Shown: piece after piece, positions 11,923-19,906 of the stretch
How positions within the stretch are numbered: position 1 is the stretch's first letter
Layout of the letters: the number at the start of each line of letters is the position of its first letter
DNA from: Paramicrosporidium saccamoebae KSL3
Lineage: Eukaryota; Fungi; Cryptomycota
Reading direction: 5' to 3'
DNA: 32,000 bases
Assembly (NCBI GenBank): GCA_002794465.1
Contig: MTSL01000149.1
Span: 30,100-62,099, forward strand
Made by a program: the position numbers and the translations under genes
The notes under the pieces: model-generated
What the model was told of the DNA's origin: nothing
Database searches by the model: none
The model's input: only the letters and a program-made list of their open reading frames with translations

Positions 11923-12749
11923 CTATGAACTCTTGGTGACTACGATCAGCATAAAGGTAAGTAGCAGCGAGATCAAAACAAAGACGGTCAACAAAATCAG
12001 TTTCCATGTTGTGGCCCAGGACTTTGACGAGAAAGACTGCAAATCGCGATGTTGGTCCTTGAATCGTCCTGCGTTCACCCCTAATGCTAAGTCAGCCTTG
12101 TTCACTATTTCGCGGTCACGTTCCACCAGATCCCGCAGTGCAAAGTTATTGCTCTTTAAACGACGGGCCATATGGACCAATTCGGCAGTCAGTTCGTCGT
12201 GCTCTTTTCGACGCTCACGTGGCCTGTTTGGCTCCTCAGCTACTCGCCAATCCACGTTTGGCTTAGTTCGGTTTCTCGTATACGCCGTTGCCTGTACAGC
12301 GGGACTAGGAATAGCACTATCACGAACATCACCTTCCTGAATCGCAGCTCCATGAGCCGCAGCGTCAGGAGCCGTAGCGTCAAGAGTCATAGTGTCAGGA
12401 GTAGGTGCTACCGGCACAGTTTGTAGTGGCTCAGCATTTGCTACATTTTGTGCTATAATTTCCTGAAGGTGCTTCAGGTCTGTCTCGTTGCTTTACAAAG
12501 TCAGAATGCAAGAGTAGTTGTACCTTTCTAGCTCCTTTTCTATGAGAGCCAGCTCAGCTTCCAATTGCTCCTTTTCCTCGTGAGCACCAGAATGAAGGGC
12601 TGCCCTCAGCTCCACCAACGCCTAGCAAATTCGAACAACAAGCCAAGGTATACGGCGCGTATTTTGGTGACTCGAACCAGTAGACCCTCTGTTGAGGGCG
12701 GAGAGAAGGCGTACCTCTTGGTGCTTTCTAGTAATCTAAATTTTGACAT
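11923..12749 (-). CDS. USE1: ER Qc-SNARE Use1 (~253 aa); introns 12622-12653 and 12491-12523
   Basis: SNARE heptads (HDELTAELVHMARRLKSNN...DREIVNKAD...N..RFK) followed by a C-terminal tail-anchor; spliced N-terminus MSKFRLLESTKRY. Confidence 0.8.
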
Positions 12750-12971
12750 TCTGATTGTTCCAGGGATTGCCTCCAAATAAAATATGATAGATGCGCGAGT
12801 TAATTATGCAGCATCGCTAAACCGTATTGGTTATAAGCTAATTACAACTCCGTAACGGCACTGTCGTATTGGACATCAATTTGAAACCATCCAATCACCG
12901 TTCCTCGAGACTACACCTTCCCGATCAGGCGATCGAGTCACCTTCCTAAACCGGCAACAACTTGGTAAGCA

Positions 12972-14579
12972 ATGCTCCCGCTTCGCAGCGCTCTAACCTG
13001 TGTAGAAGGCTTTCAACGGCCCCGGAAACCACTGGCACTACGACCTTACGACCGACTAGAAATGGAATCGGCTAGCCACACGTCATTGAGCATCACAAGC
13101 ATTGACATGAGCGTGGCAGGCAAGACACCACCAAGAAAAGTAGACATTCCGACGACCAAGTCGCAGGATGAATTGGAAGATGTTGAACTGGACGCGAGAT
13201 TGGAGGTAGAAGGTGATGGAGAGAGGGAGATGATGAGAGAGATGAGGAGGGAGATGAGGAGAGAGATGAAGAGGGAGGAGACTGATGTAATGCCCGAGCA
13301 TGCCCCGCTAGCCTTGCGCTCCAAAATGACAAACGGCTTTATTTTCAATTGGATTAACACGAACCAAGAATTCCTGCGCGTTGTGGAGGGATGCCAGCGC
13401 GCTATTGACCGCAACACTTATCCCTTGAGGATTGGGCAGGGCAGCTCCGGCTCTTATTTTGTTCGCGACGAGTCTGAAAAGATTGTTGGCGTATTCAAAC
13501 CCAAAGACGAGGAGCCTTACGGACATTTAAACCCAAAATGGATCAAATGGCTGCATAGAACCTGCTGTCCTTGCCTGTTCGGACGGTCATTTTTGGTACC
13601 AAACATTGGTTACATTTCAGAGGCAGCGGCCAGCATGGTGGATAGTTTTCTGGGCCTTAATATGGTGCCTCGTACACAGATTGCTCGTCTGAGATCCTCG
13701 GCGTTTGTGTTCCCATGGTGGGAACATGTACGGATATGGAGAGAACGACATGAGAATCCCGTGTCGAGATACCCACACAAACTGGGATCGTTTCAGTTGT
13801 TTGTTGAAGGATTTGAAGATTCTTCGACAGTGATTAGCAAGTTGAACGAACTAAGGCCGCTGGAGCCTGAATTGCGAACGGCATTCCAGGCGGAATTTGA
13901 AAAGATGACCATTCTAGACTATGCCATTCGGAATACGGATCGATCTCTAGATAATTGGCTAATCCATCTTTCCTGGACAGAAAATCCCAATGTTTCCACA
14001 CAGGCAAGACATCCATTGAGCGCTTCAGCCGCCCAAAGTACGGCTGAATTGCACCAAACACACAAAACAGAAAGCGCACCGGATCTGCTTCGCCCGAAAA
14101 CACCCCGACTACTTCCATGTGTCAAGATTGCGTGTATCGATAATGGTCTGGCATTCCCTTTCAAGCATCCCCATGAAGTAAGGTCTTATCCATACAGTTG
14201 GGTTCACCTCCCCGAGGCCCAAACCCCCTACTCTTTGGAGCTGCGCACCAGTCTTTTGGAGAAGCTTGCTGACACTGCCTCCTGGGATCTCCTCATCAGC
14301 CAGCTCCGTCAAATCTTTGAGATTGACTCGGACTTTAATGAGCGCATCTTTAAGAAGCAAATGGCGATCCTCAGAGGACAGTTGTACAATATTGTGCAGG
14401 CGCTACGGGAGGGGGAGAGTCCTGCGCGACTGGTGGAGAGGCCGCTGATGCTAATTGAAGAGGAAGATGAACCAGAGTTGAGCGAAGAGGGATTTGAAGC
14501 AGCCCACACGAGGACAGCACCAAGGAAGAGACACCGACACACTCCCGTAACGGAAAAGCCGCTGTTGACTTGTTGGTAA
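12972..14579 (+). CDS. LSB6: Type II phosphatidylinositol 4-kinase (535 aa)
   Basis: GQGSSGSYF, VGVFKPKDEEPYGHLNPKWIKWLHR, SEAAASMVD, KLGSFQLFV, LDYAIRNTDRSLDNWL, IDNGLAFPFKHP; the start codon is not certain. Confidence 0.93.
   Translation: MLPLRSALTCVEGFQRPRKPLALRPYDRLEMESASHTSLSITSIDMSVAGKTPPRKVDIPTTKSQDELEDVELDARLEVEGDGEREMMREMRREMRREMKREETDVMPEHAPLALRSKMTNGFIFNWINTNQEFLRVVEGCQRAIDRNTYPLRIGQGSSGSYFVRDESEKIVGVFKPKDEEPYGHLNPKWIKWLHRTCCPCLFGRSFLVPNIGYISEAAASMVDSFLGLNMVPRTQIARLRSSAFVFPWWEHVRIWRERHENPVSRYPHKLGSFQLFVEGFEDSSTVISKLNELRPLEPELRTAFQAEFEKMTILDYAIRNTDRSLDNWLIHLSWTENPNVSTQARHPLSASAAQSTAELHQTHKTESAPDLLRPKTPRLLPCVKIACIDNGLAFPFKHPHEVRSYPYSWVHLPEAQTPYSLELRTSLLEKLADTASWDLLISQLRQIFEIDSDFNERIFKKQMAILRGQLYNIVQALREGESPARLVERPLMLIEEEDEPELSEEGFEAAHTRTAPRKRHRHTPVTEKPLLTCW
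13221..13280 (+). repeat. 12-bp purine-rich coding tandem repeat x5 (EREMMREMRREMRREMKREE)
   Basis: gagagggagatg atgagagagatg aggagggagatg aggagagagatg aagagggaggag. Confidence 0.85.
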
Positions 14580-14830
14580 GATACACACTGCTTATAATTA
14601 TAATACACTGGTTGCATCTGGATTAACATAAAGTAAGAGATGGTGAACAGTCTATAGTCTATAGTTGGGATATTCAGTGCTAAACAGTATCCGCTATGAT
14701 TGGTGAGTCTGGCCCAGATTGTAATTCCGCGTCCACTCTTGTCATGTTGAAGATGGCAGGCCATAAAGTTGTCACATACTTTAATAAATTAACTAGCCCG
14801 TCAAAAGACTCTTATACAAGTGATCAAAAT

Positions 14831-17092
14831 TTATTGAGCAGAAATTAGCAATTCATGATCAGTAGCCTGCAGATCCAAATTATGTTCATTCGCAAGATGC
14901 AAAAGACAAATAAAACAGTACGGAACTGAGACGTCCGGCAGCATTTCCTTTGGCATTGAGGTAGCCCCCAGCCCAGAGACGAGGGTGGAGAATGGAGTAT
15001 TTTTACTTGGAAGTGCTTCAATCTCCTCCCACAGGACGCGTTTCAACTCTTGGACGTTGACCTTTTTGGCGCGTCGTGCGTATTGTAAATCGGAAATAAC
15101 TGCGGGCCGGAAGGTATCGACCAGGTCGTTGCCAATTTGCGTATCTGTCACATCAGGCATCGGAGGTTCATCATAGTCACTATATCCACCATCATCAAGT
15201 GGGGCAAACTCGGCAGTCTCTCGAGAATCGACAGCATTAGAGGGGAATCCCGTAGTCTCTTGGAAATTGACAGTATTCTCGGGATCTGCCCAGTATGCAG
15301 TGTCTACCTCACGTGGAATGAGATCGGGCCGGTCCTCGGGCGTCTGCAGTGTGACGCGTCGTTTTCCAATGGTCCAAGAAGGCTTTGTGAACAGTCGAAG
15401 CAATTCTGCTGAAGAGAAATTCAAATCATCCGGCAGCAGGTTGTCCTTAGTTCCGCGTTCGTCCAGGATGCTCTTGGACAGTGTAATGGAGACTGGATTT
15501 GCCTTCACAAAAAGAGTGGAAATGTCTATGGGAGCGGCATCAAAGTCGAGGACAAATTCCTTTTTAGCAACACGTGGCTTGACATCAGCGCGACGGAGTG
15601 AGGGTCGCTGAATCTTCCAATGTTCAGGGCCGGCCCAATTGCGTTGAATCTTGGAGTCGAAATATGACAAAAACGAATCTGCAGTGTCTGCCGAGAATCC
15701 CTGCGTGTCCTCGGTTGTTTGTTGGATGTGTGGATTGTCGTAATGAGGGGACGGCTCGTCCATAAACGCAGATTGTTCCATGAAAGCTGGCTGGTCCATG
15801 AACGCCGGCCTGTCCACAAGAGTGGGTTCATCATACATTCCATCATCTAAGGGAAGAGCCTCATCAAAAGCAGTATAGTCCTCATGAACGTCGTCATCAG
15901 ACTCGACATCCATCTTATTAACTGTCATGGCAGTGAGTTTGGCGACAGTCTCTGACAGCTTTTTGTCCAATTTTCCCAAATCAACGGATCCAAAAGAGTA
16001 ATCAACCAGCGAGGGCAATACAGTCTTGTTTTCCAGATCAGAGAAATGACGTCCATGTGTTTCTAATAGTCGGCTAATGTTGATCATGGACTCATCAGCC
16101 GTTTCTGTGTCTTGCGTAGCGGCGAGACTGGCTGCCTCTGAGGAATCAAACATCAGCCGTCCCTTCTCATCAAGACTAAGAGTGCATGTCAAGAACCCTC
16201 TAGTTCCACTCTCGTCAAACTCGGCGCACATTTTCTTAAAAAGGGGATCGACTGCAAATTCAAGGTCAAAATTCTTTAAATTCAGCGCCTCGAGGGAACG
16301 CTCCAGCGTGTCTACAGCTCGCGATGGTCTCTTATTAGATCGCTGCTTTTTTGACTCGTCTCCATCTACAGTCTCCTCCAGAAAATCAATCTTTGATTCT
16401 ATACCGATCAAACGAGTTATCGAGTGCTTACTTTTACTTCCATCCGCAAGGCCATTCAGCAATTTACCCGTCTCATCGGCAACGGAATCGACTCGAGTCG
16501 CGTAAATCTTTACACATCCATCCAGTGTGCAGGATGCCTTTTGAAAATTGATGGAATCACCGTCGCGGAGAAATGTCAGCTCGCTGAAATAGTCAATCAG
16601 CGACACATTCCAGCTGTTCTTTGCATTAATTTTCTACAAATATTAATCCGCACGTTGGAGAAAAGGTGGTACGTTGTCAGCAGCAATTTTCATCCATTCC
16701 TCAAACATTTTGTTTCGCTGTTCCGCTGTCAATTTTGGTGCTGCCACGGGCTTAATAGCGATATCGGCCATGATTGCACTTGGTGTCAGCGGTGTGGCGC
16801 CCTTTGGTGTAAGCATACTCGGAGGATTTGCCCTCGGTGTGGAGACGGCCGGAGACATTAATGTCTTCTTGGTCTGTTTTCTATTCTTGGCAATCTCTGT
16901 CCTATTCCTCCTCCGTTCGCCCTCATCGTCATTGAGAGGGGTGCGCGGCGGGTTCCGAGTCTCCTCTACCAGTCCCTCCTTCCCGCCCGTGACATTGCGC
17001 AACGGAGTGCGAACAGTGGGTGAGGCATATTCACGGGTCTTCTTGCCAACGACAGCTGGAGAGGGTGTGAAGGGATTGCCTCGTTTCAACAT
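14831..17092 (-). CDS. BRN1: Condensin kleisin subunit Brn1/CAP-H (~730-740 aa); intron 16634-16672, probable in-frame intron 16399-16431
   Basis: Splicing restores FEEWMKIAADNKINAKNSWNVSLIDYF; also NFQKASCTLDGCVKIYATRVDSV, DLEFAVDPLFKKMCAEFDE, NWAGPEHWK, YARRAKKVNVQELK, VPYCFICLLHLANEHNL. The start could be 17134, 17092 or downstream. Confidence 0.93.
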
Positions 17093-17128
17093 TACCCGCG
17101 TTGCAATCTGATTGGACAGTGGCCATTC

Positions 17129-18150
17129 ATGCATTGGGGAGTAGAGGTCGCCGAAGACACGTTCGGAAAGGGGTTTCTGTACGAGGAAGAGTATGCAACA
17201 ATATTTCCAGCCGTGGAGGCGGCAGCTAATTTGTGTGAAAGCATCGCCGACAACAAGGCTAATACTGCCTCTAGCAAAGCCGATGACACTCCAGTGACCA
17301 GTATATTTTTAGCCAGATTGCGTAATTTGCAGTCGCAGACTTGGCTGCGCAGTACATTCTGGTGAAAGCGATTCAGTCAAAATTTCCAAATGACGTGATT
17401 ATAGCCGAGGAGGATCTTGTCAATGTGACAGAGGACCAGAAGTCTCGTCTGGAGACTGTCTTGAATCAAAGCATAACTGTTCAAAAACTGCCACTGCCCT
17501 CTCTTGAAACGAAACGGTTCTGGACAATTGACCCGATTGACGGAACAAAGGGCTACCTTCGGGGTGGACAATATGCAATCTGCGTTGCATTGGTCGTGGA
17601 CCAAGAAGTACAACTTGCCTTTATAGCCTGTCCTCGCCTTCCCACCAGCTTGTCGGACAGCCTAGCAACACTATTTGTGGCCATCCGCTCCTTGGGAGTT
17701 TTGGAAATGAGCTTCTCAGATGGGGGCCATCGCCGATTAGGATTCGGTCTGCGATCATCAAGCCAGACCCAGCCAATTCTAGCAGAATCCTACGAGTCAA
17801 ACCACACGGACCATCAATTTTCCGAGACATTTTCCCGAGCGCTCAATCTTTCCAAAGAGACAATACGTATGGACAGTCAGTGTAAATACGGAATAGTGGC
17901 CCGAGGTGATGCCCATATTTATTTACGGAGACCGACAAAGCCGGGATATACCGAACGAATCTGGGACCATGCGCCGGGAGTGCTAATTGTGGAGGAGGCT
18001 GGGGGAACAGTGACCGACTTTGAGGGGAAAAGAATAGTTTTTGCGCCTGAAGCAGCGCTATCGCGAGCGGGCGGCATACTCGCTACGAACCTACCGACAG
18101 GACACTCCACTGTCCTCACCGTCCTTCAGGCCATTAAGCACTCAAATTAA
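17129..18150 (+). CDS. MET22: 3'(2'),5'-bisphosphate nucleotidase (Met22/Hal2, inositol monophosphatase family; ~329 aa); intron 17301-17332
   Basis: KADDTPVTIADLAAQ, FPNDVIIAEED, FWTIDPIDGTKGYLRGGQYAICVAL, MDSQCKYGIVARG, IWDHAPGVLIVEEAGGTVTD. Confidence 0.92.
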
Positions 18151-18221
18151 ATAATAATAATGTATCAGTATCATGTGTGCTATTTAATTGTATTATAATT
18201 AATGTAGAGTGTTGTGTGTGT

Positions 18222-18410
18222 AGGAGGCGGTTGCACGCATAGTCGAGAGGACGATGCGTTTTGAAAGCCACCGTCATTCTGGCACCACTGTCCACGAAAG
18301 GACACCGCAAGGGTCTTGTCCAGTCTCTAGGTGGCGCCTCCCGGGAGTGAGCAGTGCGACGACATGTACGGGTCAGCACACTGAACACTTCCGGGCTAAC
18401 CAACCCTGGA
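18222..18410 (+). ncRNA. Candidate RNase MRP RNA (compact form)
   Basis: Ordered motifs: P3 hairpin (ACGCAT 18235-40 / ATGCGT 18254-59); CR-I GAAAG 18263-67 plus P4 5' strand AGCCACCG; P8 with GAAAG (GARAR) loop 18296-300; P9 CC-GCAA-GG 18305-12; CR-IV-like AGTGA 18346-50; P19-like hairpin; CR-V-like AACACTTCCGGGCTAAC 18384-400. A TATA-like TATTATAATTAA lies at 18191-202. Boundaries are approximate; this is a hand fold only. Confidence 0.5.
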
Positions 18411-18800
18411 CTGGCTGAAAGAATTTATAGAGCCATTACATAGTCCATTTATGGGACATCCAGACCGGAAGGCTGGCCATGATTAAAGTGTAAAAAGCTA
18501 AAGGACTAGGATTCTATGCCGGGTGGTTGGTCATGATAAAAGTGTCAATGGGACCATTACATATTAAATGAATTGGCAGCCTATACCATCATGTGGTTTA
18601 TGGCATTGTGCCATGTGAGTGTTACAAGTTGTGAACTGTCACTGCTATTTTTACGTCCATACACAATTGTTCATATGTAGGGATGATGATTAACAGTAGG
18701 CTGGTCTGGCACCACCATTCTACAGTGACCGTCTACGAGTAACGCGACGGCACCTCTAGCGGGTGCTACCTACCCCTACCACCCGGTGCCCTTTATACCA

Positions 18801-19598
18801 ATGTCGTCTCCACGCACCCCCGAAGACGGTCGTCGTGCAGAAAACATTAAACAATACTATCAACAGCTGTGTGCCAACTACCGGATGGTGTCCCAGCAGT
18901 TGCAGCACCCCGACCTGCCACCTACTCGCCGCCCGGTCCTTCAGGCGCAGCTGGAGAAGCTACAGACGGCGCTACAGGAGTTTACAGACAAGGTGATTAA
19001 GCCGATAATCAGCGCAAACAAAAGTAGTCCAAGGGGGTCGGTGGGAGGGACACCTGTGCAAAAAGTCAAGCCGGGTCCAATGATTAGTGCACCCGCAACG
19101 CCGCGAGAAACGCCAAACGGAATGGCTATGGGAAAGCTGCCAAAGAGCGGAGCAATGTTAAGTCAAAGCACTCAGCAATTTCTGGATCAAACACGTCCCA
19201 ACGATGGAGTGTTGGTGGAAGTGGGTCCAACTGCGCGGAGTCGAGCATCCGGCACACAGACTGGTGTTAGTGGAAGCATTAGATTGAGCGATGTCCTCCC
19301 AGATGTAAAGCTAACACGGGAGGTGGAGGATGTGTTGCTTACAGTGGCAGATCGGTATCTTGCAAACGTCTGTCAGGGCATCTGCGAGAGTGCCCGTCAT
19401 CGAAAACGGCCAGGAATCTCAACCCGCGATTTTGAATTGGTCATTAGCCGGGAGTTGGGAATGACTACCACCACGGCAGGTATTCCCTTTGCAGTAGGAC
19501 CGGTGGTGCCGCTGAAGAAGAAATCGACTGCCACCAACCCTCACTCGACACGACTACAACAATTGAAGAAACATTTGGCAAATCTTCCCCAGTCCTAA
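18801..19598 (+). CDS. TAF12: TFIID/SAGA subunit Taf12 (histone fold; ~265 aa)
   Basis: LSDVLPDVKLTREVEDVLLTVADRYLANVCQGICESARHRKRPGISTRDFELVISRELGM matches the TAF12 histone fold, after a Q/P-rich N-terminus. First ATG is at 18801. Confidence 0.8.
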   Translation: MSSPRTPEDGRRAENIKQYYQQLCANYRMVSQQLQHPDLPPTRRPVLQAQLEKLQTALQEFTDKVIKPIISANKSSPRGSVGGTPVQKVKPGPMISAPATPRETPNGMAMGKLPKSGAMLSQSTQQFLDQTRPNDGVLVEVGPTARSRASGTQTGVSGSIRLSDVLPDVKLTREVEDVLLTVADRYLANVCQGICESARHRKRPGISTRDFELVISRELGMTTTTAGIPFAVGPVVPLKKKSTATNPHSTRLQQLKKHLANLPQS

Positions 19599-19611
19599 GA
19601 CATGAACATTA

Positions 19612-19748
19612 GAGGGTTTTGAGGGCGTTTGAGATTGTTTGAGGGCGTTGGAGAGCGTTGGAGAGCGTCTGAGAGCGTTGGAGAGCGTTTGAGATCAAGT
19701 CTGAGATCAAGATCGTTTGAGATCAAGATCAAGATTGAGATTGAGATT
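19612..19748. repeat. Compound minisatellite: ~8 x 10-mer (GAGAGCGTTG-like) grading into 6-mers (GAGATC/AAGATC/GAGATT)
   Basis: Directly visible at 19612-19690 and 19691-19748, in the convergent TAF12/SMC4 intergenic region. Confidence 0.9.
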
Positions 19749-19906
19749 ATGCGCGTCGCCCGATCGGTTGGCGGCATTAGATGTGTATAGTATGAGGTTT
19801 ATAGTAAAGCTTTTTCATTTTAATCGCATGTGAAGCTCGTAACAAACCTCTGCATCACAGCTGTACTCCCATTCATAACCACACTCGCTCACATAAAGTA
19901 CAGTGT

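Noticed and set aside
12668-12714. Possible short GTACGC...CAG intron (about 26 nt) near the USE1 5' end
   Set aside because: Removing it breaks the frame, while read-through from ATG 12749 is open.
18200-18447. SRP RNA interpretation (minus-strand TGTAATGGC Alu-like motif near 18431-18440; long-range AGTGTT/AACACT pairing)
   Set aside because: I could not find the helix 8 AGG-NN-GNRA-NN-(A/T)GCA motif on either strand; the MRP motif order explains the plus strand better.
19612-19748. Array as a CRISPR locus or telomeric repeat
   Set aside because: It has no spacers and no cas genes in a eukaryotic context; the units are heterogeneous and the array is internal between two genes.
19595-19777. 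60-aa minus-strand ORF
   Set aside because: It is the translation of the minisatellite (ISISILILIS, RSPT repeats) and there is no evidence it is coding.
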